From: an uncultured Clostridia bacterium
Lineage (GTDB): Bacteria; Bacillota; Clostridia; Christensenellales; UBA1242
Direction of reading: 5' to 3'
Length of the DNA: 64,000 nt
Assembly: GCA_934748015.1 (NCBI GenBank)
Contig: CAKVHF010000005.1
Location: 21,707 to 85,706, forward strand
Position numbers and translations under genes: made by a program. Of this stretch, positions 18,436 through 26,359 are shown in pieces; the first letter of the stretch is position 1, and each line of letters starts with the position of its first letter. A model generated the notes under the pieces. That model worked only from the letters and a program-made list of their open reading frames with translations, made no database searches and was not told where the DNA came from.

Positions 18436-19176
18436 CTAGTCCCCATACACTCCGCCATCTATCTTGATGACCTGGTTATTAATGAAGTCGGCTCTACTAC
18501 TAGCTAAGTAAGAAACAAGACCAGCGACATCTTCCTCAGTCCCTGCACGCCTAACCATTATTTTACTCGTTTCATCTGCTATATACTCTTCATCCATGCC
18601 GTCTACTTCGCTCTCTGTCGCTATAAATCCCGGAGCGATCGCATTGCATGTAACATAAGGAGCAAATTGCATTGCAAGATTGTGTGTTAGGCTATTTAGT
18701 CCTGCCTTGGACGCATCATATTCGGCACACATAGGATAATATGTATTATCCCCATTGGTAGACGAAATGTTGATAATTTTGCCGTGCTTATTCTCATACA
18801 TTATCTGTCCAACTAGTTTGCTAAGATAGAATGATCCGACAAGGTTAACCCTAAGCACTCTAGCAAAACTATCCATGTCTTTGTCTGCAAATAGCGAATC
18901 GTGTGTTGTGGCAGAATTGTTGATAAGAACATCAATTTTGCCAAACTTCTTCATAACCTTATCTACTAGGTTATCTATTTCGCTCTGGTCGGCAATATCT
19001 GCTTTGACAAAGATATTATCTACACCCTTGCTAGACAATTCTGCTTGCAACGCTTTTGCTCTATCAACGCTTGTATTATAACACACAGCAACACTATATC
19101 CCTCGTCCGCCAGCGTCCTAACAATGCTAGCACCTATTCCTCTTGCACCACCTGTAACTAAAGCAACTCTGTTCAT
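18436..19176 (-). CDS. FabG-like SDR; candidate YmfI-type EF-P modification reductase
   Basis: MNRVALVTGGARGIGASI, NNSA, YDASKAG. It lies 59 nt downstream of efp with its own SD but no space for a promoter. Start set to ATG 19176. Confidence 0.8.
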   Translation of the reverse strand: MNRVALVTGGARGIGASIVRTLADEGYSVAVCYNTSVDRAKALQAELSSKGVDNIFVKADIADQSEIDNLVDKVMKKFGKIDVLINNSATTHDSLFADKDMDSFARVLRVNLVGSFYLSKLVGQIMYENKHGKIINISSTNGDNTYYPMCAEYDASKAGLNSLTHNLAMQFAPYVTCNAIAPGFIATESEVDGMDEEYIADETSKIMVRRAGTEEDVAGLVSYLASSRADFINNQVIKIDGGVYGD

Positions 19177-19215
19177 GTTTCCTTTTTCCCTTTTGTTTGA
19201 CCCATAATTTTTTAT

Positions 19216-19243
19216 CAAAAAAGGACTTAAAATAATTAAGCCC
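19216..19243 (-). terminator. short hairpin plus U-tract overlapping the efp stop codon (probable leaky terminator or attenuator)
   Basis: GGGCTTAA-ttatt-TTAAGTCC-TTTTTTG on the minus strand. The 5' arm contains the efp TAA. Confidence 0.5.
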
Positions 19244-19793
19244 TTGAATAGTATTTGCCATCGTTAGATGTAACAATGATCTTCTCGCCCTCTTCGATAA
19301 ATAGAGGAACTTTAACTAGCATGCCAGTCTCTGTGTAAGCATCCTTAGTCTGGTTAGTTGCAGTTGCTCCCTTAACACCTGGCTCAGTTCTTACGATTGT
19401 GAATTCGATCTTCTCTGGCAATGATAGTCCAAGCAACTCATTCTTATAACGAGTGATCTCAACTTCCATATTCTCAGTCAAGAAATTCTTCTTGTTGCCG
19501 ATCTGATCTTCTGTCAACTCAAATTGGTCATAAGTGTTAGTGTCCATAAAGTTGTATACACCATTGTCTTCGTACAAATATTGAACCTTAATACGATCAA
19601 TTCTTGCTTCTTCGAACTTAACGTTAGTATTGAAAGTACGCTCAATAGTTGCACCAGATCTCAAGTTCTGAAGTTTCGTCTTCATAAAAGCAGATCCCTT
19701 ACCTGGCTTAACATGTAGGAACTCAACTACTTGATAAATGTTACCTTCAATCAACAAAGTCATACCATTTCTAATATCATTTACTTCTATCAT
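19236..19793 (-). CDS. efp: translation elongation factor P
   Basis: 185 aa; MIEVNDIRNGMTLLIEGNIYQVVEFLHVKPGKGSAFMKTKLQNLRSG. The KPGKG loop has Lys at position 32 by direct count. C-terminus is ..TETGMLVKVPLFIEEGEKIIV. Confidence 0.95.
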   Translation of the reverse strand: MIEVNDIRNGMTLLIEGNIYQVVEFLHVKPGKGSAFMKTKLQNLRSGATIERTFNTNVKFEEARIDRIKVQYLYEDNGVYNFMDTNTYDQFELTEDQIGNKKNFLTENMEVEITRYKNELLGLSLPEKIEFTIVRTEPGVKGATATNQTKDAYTETGMLVKVPLFIEEGEKIIVTSNDGKYYSRA

Positions 19794-19829
19794 ACAATAA
19801 TCTCTCTTTTTTATAAGTTTTACTGACCT

Positions 19830-19859
19830 ATTTTACCTAAAAATAGCAACCCTTGTCAA
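19830..19859 (-). promoter_or_regulatory. putative efp promoter (TTGACA-N18-TAAAAT)
   Basis: Read on the minus strand about 35-65 nt upstream of the efp start. Confidence 0.45.
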
Positions 19860-19998
19860 TATCTTTTCACTACTTTTCCAGTTTGTATCATATTTTCTTT
19901 TTGTTTTTTTATTTACAAAATAGTCTACTTGTAGTAGAATAACGTAGATTACAACAAAATTGACTTGCAATAAACAATTGCATAACATAGGAGACAAA

Positions 19999-21249
19999 AT
20001 GTATTACGGATACGATATAGACGACAAAATAATAGAATTATCTAACAAGATTGAAAAACAAATAGCACCAATGCTAGAAGATATAGACAAAATTTGTATG
20101 CTTAATAGTGCCAAAGTATTGAAAGCATTCCAAGAAGAGCGAGTATCCACCTCAGACTTCAGTGAAGTAACAGGATATGGATTTACCGATGACGGAAGAG
20201 ATAAGCTAGAGAGAATATACTGTAGAATATTTAAGGCAGAAGACGCACTAGTAAGAAGCCAGATAATGTCAGGAACTCATGCACTTGCACTTACATTCTT
20301 TGGACTACTTAAGAGTGGTGACACTATGATATCTATCACTGGCGAGCCATACGACTCTCTACGCAGTATGATAGGAACTGAGGGCAATAGCCGTAACTCA
20401 CTAATTAAGCATGGCATCAAGTATGAGCAAATCGAGTTGATAGATAACGACTTCGATATCCCTACAATCCAAGAAAGACTAAGCAAGCACGATGTTAAAT
20501 TGGTAGAAATCCAAAGAAGTAGAGGATATAGCAATCGTCTAAGTCTAGAGATAGCAAAAATCGAGAAAGTCTGCAAAGCCATAAGAGAAGTAAATAGTGA
20601 AGTTATCATAATGGTAGACAACTGCTATGGTGACCTGGTCGAAGACAGAGAACCTATCGAGGTCGGTGCTGACATAATTGTAGGCTCATTGATGAAGAAC
20701 CTAGGTGGCGGAATTGCTAGGACTGGTGGATACATTGTGGGTAAGAAAGAATATATAGAAGATGTTGCCGAAAGATTTTCTGCACCATGTATTGGCAAAA
20801 ATCTAGGCGCTAACCTAAATAGCAATCTTGACTTCTACAAAGGGCTATATGTATCCCCTAGTGTAGTTGCTAGCAGTCTTAAGACTATGGTGTATGCTAG
20901 CGCAATGCTAGAAAGCCTTGGCTATGAAGTAAGTCCAAAATACAACGACAAGCGAACAGATATAATACAGACAATTACACTTAACACTGGCGACAACTTA
21001 GTTAACTTCTGCAAAGGCATACAAGCAGGCAGTCCAATAGATAGTTTCGTAACACCAATACCAGCACCTATGGATGGATATCCTCATGACGAAGTTATGG
21101 CAGGCGGAAGTTTCATATCCGGATCTACTATAGAGTTAAGTTGCGATGGCCCAATGACACCACCATATTTTGCATTTATGCAAGGTGGACTTACATACGA
21201 GTATGGCAAATTAGGCATAATGATCGCACTAAGCAAAATCGACAAATAA
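19999..21249 (+). CDS. ynbB: YnbB / aluminium-resistance-type PLP-dependent enzyme (Cys/Met-metabolism fold)
   Basis: MYYGYDIDDKIIELSNKIEKQI...FQEERVSTSDF..TGYGFTDDGRDKLERIY matches the YnbB-type N-terminus; ..GSLMKNLGG.. supplies the lysine region. Start set to ATG 19999 (AGGAGA SD). Confidence 0.75.
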   Translation: MYYGYDIDDKIIELSNKIEKQIAPMLEDIDKICMLNSAKVLKAFQEERVSTSDFSEVTGYGFTDDGRDKLERIYCRIFKAEDALVRSQIMSGTHALALTFFGLLKSGDTMISITGEPYDSLRSMIGTEGNSRNSLIKHGIKYEQIELIDNDFDIPTIQERLSKHDVKLVEIQRSRGYSNRLSLEIAKIEKVCKAIREVNSEVIIMVDNCYGDLVEDREPIEVGADIIVGSLMKNLGGGIARTGGYIVGKKEYIEDVAERFSAPCIGKNLGANLNSNLDFYKGLYVSPSVVASSLKTMVYASAMLESLGYEVSPKYNDKRTDIIQTITLNTGDNLVNFCKGIQAGSPIDSFVTPIPAPMDGYPHDEVMAGGSFISGSTIELSCDGPMTPPYFAFMQGGLTYEYGKLGIMIALSKIDK

Positions 21250-21305
21250 CTCAAACAAAATATGTGCAAGAAATTAATTAGAAAAATTGCAAATAGTTAA
21301 AAAAC

Positions 21306-21342
21306 AAAAAATACACTAGCAAATCAAATCTAGTGTATTTTT
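21306..21342. terminator. bidirectional terminator hairpin, copy 2 of the repeated element
   Basis: AAAAAATACACTAG-caaatcaaat-CTAGTGTATTTTT between convergent ynbB and the EF-P paralogue. Confidence 0.75.
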
Positions 21343-21349
21343 CTTAGTC

Positions 21350-21883
21350 CTATTCAATAATCTCGCCAGTCTCGGTGTCTACCTCAACCTTCTGTCCCAC
21401 AACCATGTCACTATCTACCTTAACATTTAGTCCAGTCTCTAGCACTGCGTTGCGATAACCATTGACTGTTGTGTCGTCAATCTCAACAATGGTTAGATCC
21501 ACTGTCTGAGGCAAAGTAATCTTAAGTAACTTGTCCTTAGCAAAAGTCATTGTTACAACTGCGTCTTCCGAAATATATTGCATATAGTCTTTAACAAGTT
21601 TGCTGGTAAGTGGCAATTGGTCATACTCATTAACATCAATGAAGTAGTATAGATCACCATCTTGGTACGAGAATTGCATCTTCTTATCTACAATCTCAAA
21701 CTCTTCCACTTCTTCATTCATTGCAAATTTCTTGTCAATAATATCGCCTGTCTCTAGATCTTCTAGACTAGTAACATACTCACTATTCAACATTGAGTCG
21801 CCAACCATTTCACAATTCTGCACACGATATAGATGTCCATCGTACTCAAACGTGTCACCCACCTTAACATTAGTAATTGTCAT
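21350..21883 (-). CDS. divergent EF-P paralogue lacking the modified-lysine loop
   Basis: 177 aa. The N-terminal region aligns to the window's efp without gaps (GHLYRVQNCEMVGDSMLNSEYVTSLEDLETGD against GNIYQVVEFLHVKPGKGSAFMKTKLQNLRSGA). Middle (YQDGDLYYFIDVNEYDQ) and C-terminal (AVLETGLNVKV...VEVDTETGE) EF-P signatures are retained. Confidence 0.75.
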   Translation of the reverse strand: MTITNVKVGDTFEYDGHLYRVQNCEMVGDSMLNSEYVTSLEDLETGDIIDKKFAMNEEVEEFEIVDKKMQFSYQDGDLYYFIDVNEYDQLPLTSKLVKDYMQYISEDAVVTMTFAKDKLLKITLPQTVDLTIVEIDDTTVNGYRNAVLETGLNVKVDSDMVVGQKVEVDTETGEIIE

Positions 21884-22080
21884 AATAGTTTCAATCGTCT
21901 CCTAATATTCTCTTACAAAAATCGAACGCCGTTATTGTAACACAAACCATATCCTATATGCAACTGTTTTGCACAAAAATAGTTTTGTCGTCTATGCTTG
22001 TCCAAAAACAGCACTTTACTAAAAAATTTTATTCTTGTAACTTGATTTATGATTATATTATCACTACATCGCTGTCTTAT

Positions 22081-22116
22081 GCACATTGATCAAAATAAGC
22101 ACATTGATCAAAATAT
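22081..22116. repeat. tandem 18-nt direct repeat containing the palindrome TTGATCAA
   Basis: gcacattgatcaaaataa / gcacattgatcaaaatat, 17 of 18 identical. Confidence 0.85.
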
Positions 22117-22141
22117 AACACTTCAAAAAAATTATGTAATA

Positions 22142-23272
22142 TTATTTCCTAACAAGCAAAGCAATGCTCTCTATATGATTGGTATGAGGGAACATATCAA
22201 AACATTCCACCGATTTCAAAATAAAATCTTTTTGTAACAATTTGATATCCCTAGCAAGCGTAGTTGGATCACATGACATATACACCATGCGATCTATATT
22301 GGAGTTAAGTATTGCATTGATTGTCTCTGGCTCTGCACCGTTTCGTGCTGGATCTAGAAAGCATTTAGAATAACCACCTATATCAATATTATTTATCACA
22401 TCACCACATGCACCAGTGTATATATCCAAGTTGGCTATATTATTCAGCTTTTTGTTGATTTCTGCATTTTTAGTTGCTTCTTTGTTATATTCAATACTTA
22501 TAACTTTATTACACTTTTTGGCAAAAAGTATAGATGTTATGCCAATACCACTATACATATCGACAATATTATCACATGTATTGATGTCCAATAGTTTCAT
22601 TGCCCTATTATACATTGCTTTGCATATCTCTAGATTGACTTGCAAGAAACTATTGGGTGATATCTGATATTTTACACCCAAGATATTAGATTGTATATAC
22701 TTCTCACCCTTAACAAAACTAAAGCCTTTGTCATCAAAAACCAACTTGTCTGATCTAGAATTAACATTGACATATAGAGATACTTTCTTGAACGCCTCAC
22801 TAAGCTTAGCATACAGATATTCTCTGCCGGCAAAGTTCTTAGTCGTTGTTACAATTGTACACATAATATTGCCATCTATCACCCTTGCAACAACATATCT
22901 GATAACGCCAGTTCTGGTGTCATTGTCATAAGGTTCGATCCTATATTTCGTTACAAATCCTCTAACAATTTCTATCAATTTGCCTAGCCATGTATCATGC
23001 AAAAGGCACGACTTAATATCTACAACTCTTCTACTTCCTTCCTCGTAAAACCCAATTATAATTTTGCCCTTGAATTTCTTAATTGCAAGGTGAACTTTGT
23101 TACGATACTTGTAAGGAAAAAACATTCCTATCGGTGTAGGAATATTTATATCTATATTGTTGTTATTAAATATATCTTGTACATAATTTTTCTTAAGCTG
23201 CAATTGCTCGGAATAGTCTATATCCATAAGCGAACAATTGCCACAATATTTAGCATATTCACATTTTTTCAT
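22142..23272 (-). CDS. 23S rRNA (uracil-5)-methyltransferase, RlmCD/RumA family
   Basis: N-terminal Cys cluster CEYAKYCGNCSLM, SAM motif DMYSGIGITS, and FLDPARNG...YMSCDP catalytic region. No TRAM domain. Confidence 0.8.
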   Translation of the reverse strand: MKKCEYAKYCGNCSLMDIDYSEQLQLKKNYVQDIFNNNNIDINIPTPIGMFFPYKYRNKVHLAIKKFKGKIIIGFYEEGSRRVVDIKSCLLHDTWLGKLIEIVRGFVTKYRIEPYDNDTRTGVIRYVVARVIDGNIMCTIVTTTKNFAGREYLYAKLSEAFKKVSLYVNVNSRSDKLVFDDKGFSFVKGEKYIQSNILGVKYQISPNSFLQVNLEICKAMYNRAMKLLDINTCDNIVDMYSGIGITSILFAKKCNKVISIEYNKEATKNAEINKKLNNIANLDIYTGACGDVINNIDIGGYSKCFLDPARNGAEPETINAILNSNIDRMVYMSCDPTTLARDIKLLQKDFILKSVECFDMFPHTNHIESIALLVRK

Positions 23273-24270
23273 TAGAAATAACTCATCTTTAATTTATCTT
23301 TTTGTATCTTTTCAGCAATCTCAATTAACTTATTTAGTCTATGATTGATACCTGACTTGGATATATCTTTGCCATACAATTTCCTCAAAGTCTCTAGGCT
23401 CTCATCTGGATTGGCAAGCCTTATCAGTGCCAATTCCATAAGATCATCCGGCAATGACTCTAGTCCATTGGCATCTTGAATAATCTTGATTGCATTAAGT
23501 TGCTTAACTGCTGCATTAACAGTCTTAGACAGATTGGCATTAAGGCAATTAGTCTGTCTATTGATACTATTTCTTAACTCTCTTATAGCAGCTTCGTTCT
23601 GCAGGCTTAGGACTGCCTTGCTTGCTCCGACCAGTGCTAGTGTATCACATATAAGTTGATATTCTTTGATATACACTATTGGATTTTTCTTACGGATTGT
23701 CATCTTGGCATTGATATCAAACACCTTCAATAGATTGATAAAGTCTTGTGCTAGCTCCTCAAAAGCAAATAGGAACTCCAAGTGATATCCACTAGTATTC
23801 TTCTCAATATTGCTATATTCCTTGATCTTAATGTTGCTTGTGGAACAACCTACAAATACGCCCTTAATGTATGATCTCTTGCAACACTCGTCTGCTATTA
23901 TGAAATCAGCTATGCCATTGTTGACCTCTAGTGGGCCATCACGATTGATATCCATAATGCCTAGGTCTTTCAATATCTGAGTAGTTATACTAGCAGGCAA
24001 AGTTATCTTAAATCTATCGTTCTTAGTCTTAGTATTTTCTTCCGCCTTCTCAATGGTACATTCCATGCCATAATATTGTTTAACTATACTATTAACCTTG
24101 TCAAACACCTCGGGCAACTCGGTGTATATCTCAACATTGATTGTCTTATTTGCCCCAAAGCCCAATAATCCCGAGCACTTAATAAGCGCACTCAAAAAAG
24201 CAATTGCACAGCAGTCGCTTGTAATTTCTTCTTTTAGTACTTCCAATTTTGCTTCGGATGCAAAAGACAT
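23272..24270 (-). CDS. whiA: DNA-binding protein WhiA
   Basis: MSFASEAKLEVLKEEITSDCCAIAFLSALIKCSG... LAGLIDADG-like core and C-terminal HTH (ISKSGINHRLNKL). Confidence 0.9.
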   Translation of the reverse strand: MSFASEAKLEVLKEEITSDCCAIAFLSALIKCSGLLGFGANKTINVEIYTELPEVFDKVNSIVKQYYGMECTIEKAEENTKTKNDRFKITLPASITTQILKDLGIMDINRDGPLEVNNGIADFIIADECCKRSYIKGVFVGCSTSNIKIKEYSNIEKNTSGYHLEFLFAFEELAQDFINLLKVFDINAKMTIRKKNPIVYIKEYQLICDTLALVGASKAVLSLQNEAAIRELRNSINRQTNCLNANLSKTVNAAVKQLNAIKIIQDANGLESLPDDLMELALIRLANPDESLETLRKLYGKDISKSGINHRLNKLIEIAEKIQKDKLKMSYF

Positions 24271-24291
24271 CTTTCTTTTCCCCTTTCGTTA

Positions 24292-24636
24292 TTAATCTTC
24301 TTTGGTTTCTGACTTAACAAGCACACCTTTCTTATCATAAGCGTACTTGCGATGTTCGTTAATATTTAGTTTCTTATTGATCTCATCTTCTAGCGAAAAT
24401 CCAAGCAGTTCGGACAATCCCATAAGATATATTGCTACATCTGCTAGTTCGCTACCTAGATCGTCTTTCTTCTTACGCCATGCATCATACGCTTCACCCA
24501 CCTCACCATACAATAGACAGAACTCCATGTGTAGATTGGTTGTATTGAAACCCTTATTAATTTTATTTTGTATAATTCTCTTTTGTACTTCGTTTAAATC
24601 CATAATTGTCCACCATTTGTTAACATCTTTTGTCAA
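24292..24636 (-). CDS. MazG-like nucleotide pyrophosphohydrolase domain protein
   Basis: 114 aa; LYGEVGEAYDAWRKKKDDLGSELADVAIYLMGLSE (EXXE...E..D motif pattern). Confidence 0.7.
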   Translation of the reverse strand: MTKDVNKWWTIMDLNEVQKRIIQNKINKGFNTTNLHMEFCLLYGEVGEAYDAWRKKKDDLGSELADVAIYLMGLSELLGFSLEDEINKKLNINEHRKYAYDKKGVLVKSETKED

Positions 24637-25348
24637 AGTTAGGGACTTTGTTAAGATTGGCTATTTGATTTTCTGGGATATTGAATTTCTCAGCAATTGT
24701 TAGTCCCAATCTAACATTGCCCACATTGGTTGCAATATGTGCATCCGAGTCCAATATGAACATAACACCAGTGTCTACAACTTGTCTAAAAGTCTTGTCG
24801 TCAATGCAGTGTTTTCTGCCATTTAATTCAAAGAATATATTGTGCTCCTTACAGAACTTAGCCAATCTAACACAATCTACTGGGCATGCATAGTTAGGAT
24901 GTGCCACAATTGCAATCTTAGGGTTGTCCTGCAAAGCCTTGATATATGCATAAGTATTAAGTTCAATATTCTTAGGGGTTAACTTTCGCATTTTAGCATG
25001 TCTGCGTTTGTCAAAGAACCCTGCACCGCTACTCTTGTGATAGCCCAGTATCACTATATCCAGCTTGTCCTGCATATTGCGTGGAATATCAATTTTGCCC
25101 GATTGATCTATCAGATTGGCTTCAACCGCCTTCAGTACCCTAATGGTTGTCCCAGCATTGATACGCTCCACCTCTCTTATCTGCGATTCGAAATCAGCTG
25201 GCTTCATGCCGTACATGTGGAAATACCCATGCTCACTGCAAGCAATCTCCTTTAGTCCTTTGTCAATAGCAGTATTAACATTGTCTGTTATTGTGCTTTT
25301 GGCATCCTTGCTATATATGCTATGTGTATGATAATCTCCGTATAACAT
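24620..25348 (-). CDS. PHP-domain phosphoesterase
   Basis: YGDYHTHSIYSKDA N-terminal PHP motif, later EHG.., AHP and DSDAH. Confidence 0.75.
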   Translation of the reverse strand: MLYGDYHTHSIYSKDAKSTITDNVNTAIDKGLKEIACSEHGYFHMYGMKPADFESQIREVERINAGTTIRVLKAVEANLIDQSGKIDIPRNMQDKLDIVILGYHKSSGAGFFDKRRHAKMRKLTPKNIELNTYAYIKALQDNPKIAIVAHPNYACPVDCVRLAKFCKEHNIFFELNGRKHCIDDKTFRQVVDTGVMFILDSDAHIATNVGNVRLGLTIAEKFNIPENQIANLNKVPNFDKRC

Positions 25349-26257
25349 CTACTTATCTCCTATTATCCTCTGTTCTAGTTCCAGATCCACTCCATACTCC
25401 CGCTTAACTTGTGCCTTTATTACACCGATTAGAGATATAATATCTTCACCCGTTGCACTGCCCTTGTTAACAATGAAATTGGCATGTTTGTCTGAAACAT
25501 AAGCATTGTTAATATTGTAATTTTTTAAACCACATTTGTCAATCAATTCGCCCGCAAAGTAATTATTGCCATTTTTGAACACACTGCCTGCATTGGGATA
25601 TCCGACCCCTTGCTTGGATCGCCTAATCTCTAATGTCTTAAGTATATTGTTGCTGATAGTTTCCCTGTCACTTTGCTTCAAGCACAACTCTACCCTTAGT
25701 ATTATTCCGCCACCATCTTGAAATATACTTTTGCGATAGCCAAAGCCACATTCATCCTTGTTCCAAAGGCGAATTTTGCCATCAATATATATTAGCACAC
25801 TTCCCACAACTCTGTCTATACTAAAATCAAATGCTTGTGCATTCATATACACAGCACCACCCATTGTCCCTGGGATGCCGATTGCCTGTTCCATGCCTGT
25901 TAGGTTATTATCTTTAGCAAAATTAATTACATCCAATATACTTGCTCCACTATCGGCTATTACGTTATTGCCCTGCATATAAATATTACTAAATTTATTG
26001 CCAAATATAATTACTACGCCATCTATTATAGGCCTAGCAAGTATGATATTAGTTCCGTTACCTATCACTATTGGCTTAATGCCAAGTTGTTCACAAAAAG
26101 ACATTGTTTTGCAAAAAGTCTCTAGTGAATTAACTATAACTGCAACCTTTGCAACGCTATGGACTTTGTAAGAATTATGTGGATAGAGGTCATAATTCTT
26201 TCTAACAACACCTTTCTCTAGATTTTGTCTTAAAGTCTTGTACAATCTGTTAAGCAT
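25349..26257 (-). CDS. murB: UDP-N-acetylenolpyruvoylglucosamine reductase
   Basis: GNGTNII, GIPGTMGGAVYMNA, NAGSVFKN and HANFIVN motifs. Start set to ATG 26257 (GGGGGTGAG SD). Confidence 0.9.
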   Translation of the reverse strand: MLNRLYKTLRQNLEKGVVRKNYDLYPHNSYKVHSVAKVAVIVNSLETFCKTMSFCEQLGIKPIVIGNGTNIILARPIIDGVVIIFGNKFSNIYMQGNNVIADSGASILDVINFAKDNNLTGMEQAIGIPGTMGGAVYMNAQAFDFSIDRVVGSVLIYIDGKIRLWNKDECGFGYRKSIFQDGGGIILRVELCLKQSDRETISNNILKTLEIRRSKQGVGYPNAGSVFKNGNNYFAGELIDKCGLKNYNINNAYVSDKHANFIVNKGSATGEDIISLIGVIKAQVKREYGVDLELEQRIIGDK

Positions 26258-26359
26258 AATTCTCACCCCCTGTGTTACATTTAATAGAATATATGAGAAA
26301 AAGAAAATCTTGGCAACTAACAATTGATAAAACTATGCACAAAATGTTATACTAGTAGT

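Noticed and set aside
19841-19853. 13-mer aaaaatagcaacc shared with 30228-30240
   Set aside because: My rough estimate of 13-mer coincidences in 64 kb of AT-rich sequence gives dozens by chance, and the flanks do not match.
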